DNA of 30,152 bases from a virus (Duplodnaviria > Caudoviricetes). Below, one piece after another: positions 1-6,957 of this stretch. The notes under the pieces were generated by a model. It worked only from the letters and a program-made list of their open reading frames with translations. It was not told the origin of the DNA and did not search any database. The DNA lies in the IMG/VR virus record IMGVR_UViG_3300033489_000047, positions 1 to 30,152 of that record, one strand, 5' to 3'. Each line of letters opens with the position of its first letter. Within the stretch, counting starts at the first letter, position 1. The position numbers and the translations under genes were made by a program.

Positions 1-103
1 CGCAAAACAGCGACTGGTCATGGGGTGCATCGTCGTAGCGCAGAAATTGCAGTCCGTCGGGACTGGTGTAGAAGGCGGCTTCGATTTCAAAGGGAATCGG
101 CAT
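1..103 (-). CDS. Hypothetical early-left protein, 5' part only (runs off window)
   Basis: Not in the ORF track. ATG at 103 reads MPIPFEIEAAFYTSPDGLQFLRYDDAPHDQSLFC with no stop before the window edge. GGAG lies upstream and the start overlaps the end of the previous gene. Confidence 0.6.
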   Translation of the reverse strand, partial: MPIPFEIEAAFYTSPDGLQFLRYDDAPHDQSLFC

Positions 104-410
104 TTGTCTGGTTCTCCGATTGGTTGCGGTTGGTAGTCCAAGAGGCGACTTCGTAGGGCATCATGCCGGATAACGCCTTGACCATGCCGACGTCGGCGCC
201 GTGTGTTTCGGCGATGGTGCGGCAGAGCGCGGAGAACAGCCCCACGATTGCAGCACTTCCGGCGAGGGCGGGCGGCAGGCGCTCGCGGCAGGATGCCAGC
301 AGTTCCATGGCGCAATCGTGCGTCGTGCGCTCGCACGCCAGGATCAACCGGCGCTGTTGCGGCGGCAGACCGATATGACGTTCGTCGGCGAGGATGGTGG
401 GTTTTGCCAT
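87..410 (-). CDS. Hypothetical protein, first gene of the leftward early operon (107 aa)
   Basis: Part of ORF 87..572. Start reassigned to MAKPTILAD at 410, which has GGGAA upstream and lies downstream of the pL-like promoter. Confidence 0.65.
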   Translation of the reverse strand: MAKPTILADERHIGLPPQQRRLILACERTTHDCAMELLASCRERLPPALAGSAAIVGLFSALCRTIAETHGADVGMVKALSGMMPYEVASWTTNRNQSENQTNADSL

Positions 411-425
411 GGTAGTTCCCAAAAG

Positions 426-458
426 GCCGGGAATCCCGTTGCGTCGAGGATTCCCGGC
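426..458. other. Perfect 11-bp stem-loop in the pL leader
   Basis: GCCGGGAATCC (426-436) and GGATTCCCGGC (448-458), extendable by TCCCAAAAG / CTTAGGGA. Confidence 0.7.
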
Positions 459-542
459 AAGTCTTAGGGAGGGAAACCAGCCGCACGCTGGCGTGCCGCT
501 GATCGCAATGCACAGTGTCTCAGTGCTGTACATAACGTCTAC

Positions 543-572
543 ATTAAAGCCAAAATCCGGCACGGCGGTCAA
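543..572 (-). promoter_or_regulatory. pL-like sigma70 promoter
   Basis: Minus strand TTGACC-N18-TTTAAT, flanked by operator-like sites at 581-595 and 527-541. Confidence 0.6.
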
Positions 573-580
573 GCGATTTC

Positions 581-595
581 TGTACTATTTGTATA
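581..595. promoter_or_regulatory. Putative repressor operator (OL-like)
   Basis: TGTAC-TATTT-GTATA, a 9/10 match to the palindrome TGTAC-N5-GTACA. A weaker copy TGTAC-ATAAC-GTCTA lies at 527-541. Confidence 0.6.
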
Positions 596-602
596 ATAAA
601 TT

Positions 603-1322
603 TTACCGGATATGCATCGTCGAGAGCACTCGGCCCGCATATAAATAGGATTTGCGCGAGCGGATTTTGATCGGTTCGTAAAACGGATTTGCTGCGAACA
701 GGGTGAAGGTCTCCGACAATGGCAGCGCCGACAATGGCAGCGCCGCCTGGTAAATGCGGAAGAACAAGCGCTCGTGCCCCTTGAGGCTCACCAGCAGCCA
801 TTGCTCCGGCAACACGTCCTGATCAGGGTCCACTATAAGATAGGTGCCAGGGGTGCAGACGTTATCGCCACCATTCATTGATTGGTCGCCGGGTGGTATT
901 TCCCAGGCAAATGCTCGTTTGCCCGCGCCGATCCTATTGGGGATCGGAAGCCAATCTGTGCTCATCAGGTTTCCCTCGGCGATGAATATTATTGTTTGAG
1001 ACGCCGATAGGATAGGAATACACCTGACATCCACAGGTTGTGAAGGGGTTTCCGTAAAATCTCCGGTTAATTGGTTAAATTTGCTGCCTTTTTTGATGGT
1101 GCCGTACAGCAGCCATTCAGGCTCCACGCCAAATATGGTAGCAAAAATGCCGATGTTTTTTGCCCTCGGCATTCGCCGCCCATTTTCGTAGGAGTAGTAT
1201 GTCGGCTCCTTCACTGCCGCGCACTCTTTGAGCACGGCGAGAGCATCGCCGATTTTAGGGTAGCGGGCCGTGCGGGCGAGTTTGAGTCTCGTCGCAAAAT
1301 CGTTGGTCTGGGTTTTTGTCAT
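603..1322 (-). CDS. cI: CI-like phage repressor (XRE HTH plus S24-like C-terminal domain), 239 aa
   Basis: N-terminal HTH (RLKLAR...TYYSYENGRRMP...FGVEPEWLLYG) and C-terminal GDQSM...GTYLIVDPD...LFAANPFYEPI typical of LexA/CI S24 domains. Divergent from a small HTH gene. Start reassigned to MTKTQ at 1322. Confidence 0.9.
   Translation of the reverse strand: MTKTQTNDFATRLKLARTARYPKIGDALAVLKECAAVKEPTYYSYENGRRMPRAKNIGIFATIFGVEPEWLLYGTIKKGSKFNQLTGDFTETPSQPVDVRCIPILSASQTIIFIAEGNLMSTDWLPIPNRIGAGKRAFAWEIPPGDQSMNGGDNVCTPGTYLIVDPDQDVLPEQWLLVSLKGHERLFFRIYQAALPLSALPLSETFTLFAANPFYEPIKIRSRKSYLYAGRVLSTMHIR
713..745. repeat. 15-bp in-frame tandem duplication within the repressor gene
   Basis: CCGACAATGGCAGCG x2, giving ALPLS-ALPLS in the protein. 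Confidence 0.85.
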
Positions 1323-1394
1323 GGACTGATTGTACAGGCAAATACTACACAATGGGTATTGACCGCAACTGTACATTGCGTACAAAATAGCGCC
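1322..1394. promoter_or_regulatory. OR/pR/pRM-like switch region
   Basis: Operators TGGAC-TGATT-GTACA (1322-1336) and perfect TGTAC-ATTGC-GTACA (1370-1384). pR is TTGACC(1359-1364)-N18-CAAAAT(1383-1388). A minus-strand -10 TACAAT (1329-1334) lies 6 nt before the cI ATG. Confidence 0.75.
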
Positions 1395-1670
1395 ATGCAG
1401 CAAATACAATCTCATGCCGCGTTATGTCAGTTGTGGCGCCGCGCAGACGATCTGGCGGCGGATATCAATGCGGCGATGCCCCACAATGTCAGACCCATCA
1501 CACGCGAATGCGTCCGGAAGTGGAAGTGTCGGAATAGCGTCCCCCCCCAATATTGGCGTGTGCTGATCGATCTTGCCGAACGGCGGCATGCCGTCATGAT
1601 CACATATCGTCAGTTGACGGAACTGACTGAGCACCGGCTGCGGACCAAGGAAAGAGCCGAGGCGGCGTGA
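1395..1670 (+). CDS. Cro-like HTH regulator (91 aa)
   Basis: 3' part of ORF 1071..1670. LAADI...VRKWKCRNSVPPQYW is a Cro-like motif. It is divergent from cI and its stop overlaps the next start. Confidence 0.8.
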   Translation: MQQIQSHAALCQLWRRADDLAADINAAMPHNVRPITRECVRKWKCRNSVPPQYWRVLIDLAERRHAVMITYRQLTELTEHRLRTKERAEAA

Positions 1671-2125
1671 TGGTAAACGGCGTGCTGTGGTCATCGGCGC
1701 AAATGGAGACGCTCCGAGCGTTGTGGGCGGAGGGCGTGCCATCCAAGGGCATTGCCGAGAATATGAACGATCGATACGGCATGAAGCTGACCTATGTGGC
1801 TGTGAATGCCAAGGCCGAGCGCATGAAACTATCGAAACGGCCGCGTATCGCCGCACGGCCGCCAGAAGCGCGGCAAGGCCTGGGGGTTATCAAGGCGCGT
1901 GTGCAGCGCCGCATCCGGGACTATCAGTTGCTGCCGAAAATACCACGGAAGAGCAGACAGCCCGAAGATTTCAGCCACGCGGTGACGCTCGCCGACAGGC
2001 AACACGATCAATGCAAATGGATCATCGGCGAGAATGCAGCGGGCGTAGCCCTCTACTGCGGACATGTGCGCGGCGACAACAAAAATTACTGTCCTATCCA
2101 CGCAGCAAGAGAACGAAGAAAATGA
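1667..2125 (+). CDS. gcrA: GcrA cell-cycle regulator homologue
   Basis: N-terminal WSSAQMETLRALWAEG...IA and C-terminal TLADRQHDQCKWIIGE...YCG...YCPIHAAR match the two GcrA domains. Confidence 0.85.
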   Translation: MMVNGVLWSSAQMETLRALWAEGVPSKGIAENMNDRYGMKLTYVAVNAKAERMKLSKRPRIAARPPEARQGLGVIKARVQRRIRDYQLLPKIPRKSRQPEDFSHAVTLADRQHDQCKWIIGENAAGVALYCGHVRGDNKNYCPIHAARERRK

Positions 2126-2385
2126 GAAACACCTGCAAAACATGCGGCGCGTTCAACGCGCTGAATCGCAGCATCGGCGAATGCCGCGCCAGAAGCCCGA
2201 TGCCAATATTGCTAGGGCATGTCCAGCCGCCCAGCGGCATGGGGCAAAAGCAGCCTATTGTGCAGGGGTTCTTCCCGCCGGTGCGCGACGACATATGGTG
2301 CGGCGAATGGCGCCCGCGCTTGCAGAGCGTACCGGTCCCGAATGGCATCGTGTCGCTTTCCAAAGGACAGGACCATGAGCAGTGA
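2122..2385 (+). CDS. Small Cys-rich hypothetical protein (87 aa)
   Basis: ATGA overlap with the gcrA stop. CKTC...GECR...FPPVRDDIWCGEW pattern, likely metal-binding. Confidence 0.7.
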   Translation: MRNTCKTCGAFNALNRSIGECRARSPMPILLGHVQPPSGMGQKQPIVQGFFPPVRDDIWCGEWRPRLQSVPVPNGIVSLSKGQDHEQ

Positions 2386-3085
2386 CGGCCCGCACAACGG
2401 ACAGCGCATATGCAAATGCTGTGGTCTGACGAAATCGGTGGAAAAATTCGCGTGGCGCAAGAGCATATCTCATCGCAAAGCCGGTGAACGGCGTGGCCGC
2501 CTGAAACGGGCGGAAGGCTGGTACAGAAATGTCTGCGGGGATTGCGTCAGCGCCGAGCGGCGGTGGCGTTATCGGTGCCTAGAAAAATTTAAGGCCAACC
2601 CATCGCTACGGTGGTCACCGGAACGCATCGCCGAATTGCGCACTCACCTGCTGGCTGGCCTGACTGCCGCCGAGACTGCCATCAGAATGGGCCGTAGCGT
2701 GGCCGCCATTCATAGCGCCCGCTATTCCTATCTGCCCGGCACTCAGCCATTCACTAGGGGGCCGCTGCCTCCACGGCCAAAATCGATACACCTCGATGCT
2801 GTGCGCGAGCTGCTGGAAATGGGCTGTTACAGCTATCAGGATATTGGGATTATCCGCGGCATCTCGCGCGACACAGTCGCGGGGTTGGTGTTCCGCCACA
2901 AATTGCGGCGCCGCCAATCCTGGCCATCCGAGCAAAAAGCCATTTTGGCGGATTTGTCGGCGGGTGGCCGTAGCGCCAGCCAGATTGCCACGGCGATCCG
3001 CGTCTCGGCGGATGCCACCAAATCGGTGATGCGCCGCAACGGCCTGTTCGCGAAGCCAAAAAACCGACTTGAGCGTGTGAAGTGA
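2375..3085 (+). CDS. Zn-finger protein with three GcrA-like HTH units (236 aa)
   Basis: Start MSSDG with AGGA upstream. CKCCG...CGDC followed by three HTH-like units (RWSPERIAEL..., ISRDTVAGLVFRHKL, SWPSEQKAIL...GRSASQIA). Confidence 0.75.
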   Translation: MSSDGPHNGQRICKCCGLTKSVEKFAWRKSISHRKAGERRGRLKRAEGWYRNVCGDCVSAERRWRYRCLEKFKANPSLRWSPERIAELRTHLLAGLTAAETAIRMGRSVAAIHSARYSYLPGTQPFTRGPLPPRPKSIHLDAVRELLEMGCYSYQDIGIIRGISRDTVAGLVFRHKLRRRQSWPSEQKAILADLSAGGRSASQIATAIRVSADATKSVMRRNGLFAKPKNRLERVK

Positions 3086-3477
3086 AGGGCATCGAAGCCG
3101 CATTCGTCGGCGCCGTCAGCTACGATGCGCAGCTCAGAACCGCCAAAAGCGGGCGCGAATGGCTGTCGGTCAATATGATCGTGGGCGAGGACGATGATGC
3201 GCAGCCCGTCAACGTCGCCTCCTTCTCCAGCAATATTACCGATCTGGTGTTGCAGCTCGTCAAGGGCACGCAAGCCTACGTCGAGGGCAAGATCAAACTG
3301 CGGCGCTGGCAGGACCAGGCAGGCAATCCTTGCGCCGGACTGTCGGTCTCGGCCGCCGTTATCCAGCCGCTCGGCCTCATCGGTGAGCGGCGTCCGAAGA
3401 GGCCGAAAGCCGAACGCAAGAAACCCACCGAAAACATCAACGCGCCGCTGCCTTTCAACGACTCCCTGCCCTTCTGA
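3082..3477 (+). CDS. ssb: Single-stranded DNA-binding protein
   Basis: OB-fold motifs (LRTAKSG, LVKGTQAYVEGKIKLRRWQD) and an acidic-PF tail (FNDSLPF). Confidence 0.9.
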   Translation: MKGIEAAFVGAVSYDAQLRTAKSGREWLSVNMIVGEDDDAQPVNVASFSSNITDLVLQLVKGTQAYVEGKIKLRRWQDQAGNPCAGLSVSAAVIQPLGLIGERRPKRPKAERKKPTENINAPLPFNDSLPF

Positions 3478-3504
3478 TTTTCTCCCTCCGATAAGGACGG
3501 CCGT

Positions 3505-3759
3505 ATGGACCACAAGCGCGAAGTCGAGCCGCCAGTGGACCCGCTACAGACGGCGATGCTCGCCGAACTGCGTGCCGCGCATATTCGCGCTCGGCTCCTA
3601 CAGGCCGATATCGAGGCCCTGGGCATTGCCCTGCGCCATGGCCTGATCACGGCTGCCCAAGCTTTGGTTGCTCTGCATGATTTGGGCATGCCCACGATGC
3701 TCGATGTCGGTTCTAGGCCTGGCGACACCTGGGCAATGCGGGAGCTGCCAAAATGTTAA
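3505..3759 (+). CDS. Hypothetical protein
   Basis: AAGGA RBS; fills the gap in the operon and overlaps the next start. Confidence 0.65.
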   Translation: MDHKREVEPPVDPLQTAMLAELRAAHIRARLLQADIEALGIALRHGLITAAQALVALHDLGMPTMLDVGSRPGDTWAMRELPKC

Positions 3760-4940
3760 ATGAGCAAGCGCCTGACGTGCTGGAGCGTGATAAAGACGGG
3801 CGCCTGGTTAAATCCGAGGGCAACTTGCTGAAAGCGATGGCGTGGGCAGGCGTGACGCTGCGCTACGACGAGTTCGCCGGTGAGTACCGCATCGACGGGC
3901 TGGAGGGATACGGAACACGGCTGGATGACGACGCGCTCGATGAGCTGTATCTGCTGATCGCGCGGGAATATTCTCTCAAGCTGCCGAACACGGATTTCAG
4001 GCGCATCGTCAAGGCCGCCGCCAGGCGCAGCCGTTTTCATCCGGTGCGCGACTACCTGAACGAATTGAAGTGGGATGGCACCGAGCGCCTCGACGCCTGG
4101 CTGATCACATATGGCGGTGCCGCTGACACCGAATTCACACGCGCCGTCGGCCGCATATGCCTGATCGCCGCCGTCCGGCGCATTCGCCAGCCTGGAATTA
4201 AATTCGACGAAATGCTGGTGCTGGAAAGCCCCGAAGGCAAGGACAAATCCACGGCGTTCAGCGTGCTGGCGAGCGACGCTTGGTTCACCGACGAGGCGCC
4301 GCTGACGGCGCAGCCGCGTGAAATCATCGAGCAACTGCGCGGCAACTGGATCGTTGAATGCGCCGACCTCGACGGCATGCGGCGCGCCGAAGTGACGACA
4401 CTCAAGAAATTCCTCTCCCGCCGGGCAGATAAGGCCACGCTCAAATACAAAGAGGAAACGACCGTCTTCTATCGGCAGTGCATTTTTGTCGGCTCAACCA
4501 ACGAAGAGAATTATTTGCTCTCGACCACCGGCAACCGCCGCTTCTGGCCGGTGGCTGTGCGTCAATTCGACATCCCGGCACTCACCCGCGACCGCGACCA
4601 ACTGTGGGCCGAAGCCGCCCTATGCGAGGCATCGGACGAAAGCATTCGTCTGCCGCGCAGATTATGGGACATGGCGGGCCAAGAACAGGCGCTGAGAACC
4701 GCCATCGACGAGTGGGAATATCTGATTGCCGAATGGCTGGAGGCGGAATTGCGCGATGAGCGCTCACTGCTATCCGAGGGATACCGCACCACAATAGCCG
4801 CCGTAGCCAAGGGCGCACTCGGCATCGAAGCGGAAAAACTTGAGCAGCGAGTGACCGATAGAGTCGCCCGGTGCCTGAAAAAAGCTGGCTGGTGGATGGC
4901 TCAGCGCTCAAACAGCAAGAATTACTGGAAAAAAGCCTAG
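3753..4940 (+). CDS. VirE/VapE-family P-loop helicase (replication protein)
   Basis: Motifs FHPVRDYL, WDGTERLD, PGIKFDEMLVLESPEGKDKST, GSTNEENYL..TGNRRFWPV and RDQLWAEA. Confidence 0.92.
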   Translation: MLNEQAPDVLERDKDGRLVKSEGNLLKAMAWAGVTLRYDEFAGEYRIDGLEGYGTRLDDDALDELYLLIAREYSLKLPNTDFRRIVKAAARRSRFHPVRDYLNELKWDGTERLDAWLITYGGAADTEFTRAVGRICLIAAVRRIRQPGIKFDEMLVLESPEGKDKSTAFSVLASDAWFTDEAPLTAQPREIIEQLRGNWIVECADLDGMRRAEVTTLKKFLSRRADKATLKYKEETTVFYRQCIFVGSTNEENYLLSTTGNRRFWPVAVRQFDIPALTRDRDQLWAEAALCEASDESIRLPRRLWDMAGQEQALRTAIDEWEYLIAEWLEAELRDERSLLSEGYRTTIAAVAKGALGIEAEKLEQRVTDRVARCLKKAGWWMAQRSNSKNYWKKA

Positions 4941-5110
4941 GGGTCACTGGGGGGGTCACTGGAAGGGGTCACCCCGTAAAAGTGTTACTCACCAACGGTT
5001 CTGCCCGCAAAAGTGACCCCAGTGACCCTAGTGACCCTGAAATCATAAAAAAGAAAAGAGAAGAAGTAGAGTCTGTGCGAACAGGGGTCACTGCCGGGGA
5101 GGGGTCACTG
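4937..5110. repeat. Iteron cluster, putative replication origin
   Basis: Eight GGGTCAC(T) copies: three forward (4940-4972), three reverse (5012-5037) and two forward (5084-5110), around a purine/A-rich tract (5041-5070). Confidence 0.75.
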
Positions 5111-5135
5111 CCAAAACGGCCACACGGAGAACGAC

Positions 5136-5642
5136 ATGAAGCCAATTGCTGACGGGATCGCCTTCGACAACCTCGCCACCGAAAATCATCCAGTTTGGCG
5201 GCGGCGCCACATGTTGCCGCTTACCCCGCAGGCCGTGCGTGCCGAGCAGGTGGAGGCTGGCATCATCCGGCGCACTCCGCTCGATGCGCTGCTGACCGAC
5301 GCGGAAGCCCAGGCGCTCGAACGCTACGCCGCTAACGAGGACATGCTGCGCGGCAATGCCAGGGCGCAGGACTACTGCGGAGACCGGGTGCAGACCTCCC
5401 GGCAGAACATGGCGCCGATCCACGACGACGCGCTGCCAGGTCTGCGGGCGCATGCAATGCTCAAGCAGCGATTGCCAAAACGGCATCAGGCCATCCTGAC
5501 AATATTCTGCTTCCAGCAATGGCGCGATCCGCAGGCGCGAAGCGATGCGCAATTAGGGCTGCTGCTGGCGCCGAGGGCCAGGGACAAAGGCCTGGCATGG
5601 CGGCTGCTGGTCGCGCAAACTGCGGCTTGGCTGGCGAAATGA
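5136..5642 (+). CDS. Hypothetical protein, putative late-gene regulator (possibly DUF6456-like)
   Basis: GGAGA RBS. Last early gene before the packaging module (Q-like position) with a helical C-terminus. The family call is tentative. Confidence 0.55.
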   Translation: MKPIADGIAFDNLATENHPVWRRRHMLPLTPQAVRAEQVEAGIIRRTPLDALLTDAEAQALERYAANEDMLRGNARAQDYCGDRVQTSRQNMAPIHDDALPGLRAHAMLKQRLPKRHQAILTIFCFQQWRDPQARSDAQLGLLLAPRARDKGLAWRLLVAQTAAWLAK

Positions 5643-5644
5643 GG

Positions 5645-5680
5645 TTTACTCAGAGCAAATAGGTGTGTACTATTTGTGCT
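5645..5680 (+). promoter_or_regulatory. Putative promoter overlapped by an operator-like site
   Basis: TTTACT-N17-TACTAT (5645-5673). TGTACTATTTGT (5666-5677) is identical to the first 12 nt of the operator at 581. Confidence 0.5.
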
Positions 5681-5752
5681 GCTTGCGACGCTGGTACTGC
5701 GGCTTCGTGAGCAGGAAAGACAACGTAAGACGCAAAAACTGGCTTGTGACAG

Positions 5753-5786
5753 AAACGCCATCAGTTTACGCCACTGATGGCGTTTT
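5753..5786 (+). terminator. Strong hairpin, probable intrinsic terminator
   Basis: AAACGCCATCAGT-ttacgcc-ACTGATGGCGTTT, a perfect 13-bp stem ending in a short T run. Confidence 0.65.
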
Positions 5787-5802
5787 GCGTTGAGGTGCGC
5801 CG

Positions 5803-6360
5803 ATGCCGCAAAGCAGTAATTCTCTCGCCGAGTGGGGCGTGAATGGATTACCCCAAGTGGTTCCAGGTAGTCAATGGGCCGCAGTCTCCGTGTTCTGCGG
5901 AGATGTCAACGCGTATACAAGCATCTATGCATTTCACGATGATCCGTTGTTTGCATTCAGGACGCCTGTAAACTCACCATGGCTCACATCTGCTGAATGC
6001 GCGGCGGTAAATTTGCCGCATAGGAAAATATACTGGAAAAAAGAGACACGAACATTTAGCCTCGACGCAGCGGCCGCACTAGCTAGAAATAATGCATTCA
6101 CGGTTTTGCGCAGAGAGCCAGTAATGAAACAAGCATGGCAAAATCCATGTGAAATAATAGATACTGATATTGGCGGACATCTTCCTATAGGCGTGCATGT
6201 TTCTGAAGATGCTTTTTTTATTGTAACGGAACTTGCCGAGAGACAGGCCTTGAAGGCCAAAAAAGATTTCGCATCAGCCGATCTGATCCGGCGTGTGATT
6301 ACGGGTGGTGGCGTTGAGGTGATTGACAAGCCGACCGGAACATACTGGTTCTATGCCTAG
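5803..6360 (+). CDS. Moron protein with a C-terminal CysRS anticodon-binding-like domain
   Basis: GAGGT RBS and visibly more AT-rich than its neighbours. The C-terminus ERQALKAKKDFASADLIRRVITGGGVEVIDKPTGTYW matches the cysteinyl-tRNA synthetase C-terminal consensus. Confidence 0.75.
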   Translation: MPQSSNSLAEWGVNGLPQVVPGSQWAAVSVFCGDVNAYTSIYAFHDDPLFAFRTPVNSPWLTSAECAAVNLPHRKIYWKKETRTFSLDAAAALARNNAFTVLRREPVMKQAWQNPCEIIDTDIGGHLPIGVHVSEDAFFIVTELAERQALKAKKDFASADLIRRVITGGGVEVIDKPTGTYWFYA

Positions 6361-6460
6361 CAAAAGCAACGCCGCGCGCTCCGCAAAATAAGCTTGCCTC
6401 ACACGACGACACAAATTATCATTATTTTCCTAAGGTCTATCATTGCGCCTCGGATGTAAC

Positions 6461-6484
6461 GGCTCGCTTCGGCGGGCCTTTTTT
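6461..6484 (+). terminator. Intrinsic terminator
   Basis: GGCTCGC-TTCG-GCGGGCC followed by T6; cUUCGg tetraloop. Confidence 0.85.
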
Positions 6485-6500
6485 GTGGGTCACAACGGCC

Positions 6501-6821
6501 GTGTCCATCGAGCCGCATTGCCGCATCGGTCGCGTGCGGATCAAAGGTGGCGCCGATCTGCACATCTTCGATGCTCGTGCAAAGCGTTCCGCCAATGTCT
6601 GGCGGCAGCTTCGAACGGCGGTCGTACAGATGCACGATATCTACGCCGACGACCTTGCCGGGTTTGTGCTGATGCCGTGGGATTCCGGCACTCAATACAA
6701 CACCTATGTGATCATCGAGCATGGCATGACCCGCAATAACCTGCCTGAGTTCGCGGCCGAAGCCCTGCGCCGAGACAACGCAGAATCAGATGTTCGCATG
6801 CTACTGAAAGGAGAATTATAA
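6501..6821 (+). CDS. Hypothetical protein
   Basis: ORF 6483..6821; start probably GTG 6501, after the terminator. Codon usage looks like neighbouring genes. Confidence 0.65.
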   Translation: MSIEPHCRIGRVRIKGGADLHIFDARAKRSANVWRQLRTAVVQMHDIYADDLAGFVLMPWDSGTQYNTYVIIEHGMTRNNLPEFAAEALRRDNAESDVRMLLKGEL

Positions 6822-6822
6822 C

Positions 6823-6957
6823 ATGGCTAAGAAACCGGTCCCGGCGAAATCTAGCGAACCCGCTAGCGGCACCATGAAAGACATGAAGGAAGACATGAAA
6901 GAAGCGTCGAAGGGCAAGGGGATGAAGAGTGGCGGCAAAAAAAGCGGCCGCTGCTAA
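6823..6957 (+). CDS. Small Lys/Met-rich protein (44 aa)
   Basis: Not in the ORF track. Strong AAAGGAG RBS; MAKKPVPAKSSEPASGTMKDMKEDMKEASKGKGMKSGGKKSGRC. Confidence 0.6.
   Translation: MAKKPVPAKSSEPASGTMKDMKEDMKEASKGKGMKSGGKKSGRC

Noticed and set aside
500-1400. TGTAC palindromes as host LexA boxes
   Set aside because: They match neither the alphaproteobacterial GTTC-N7-GTTC nor the E. coli CTGT-N8-ACAG box; their placement fits a phage repressor.
1071-1415. Long overlapping N-terminal extensions of cI (to 1415) and cro (from 1071)
   Set aside because: They would overlap each other and the operator/promoter region; internal ATGs fit the promoter geometry.
4215-4255. Deviant Walker A (SPEGKDKST) as a sign of an inactive helicase
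   Set aside because: The catalytic KST and all other VirE motifs are intact, and such variation is plausible within this family.
4937-5110. Repeat cluster as a CRISPR array
   Set aside because: Units are 7-10 bp, in both orientations, with irregular spacing and no cas genes; iterons fit better.
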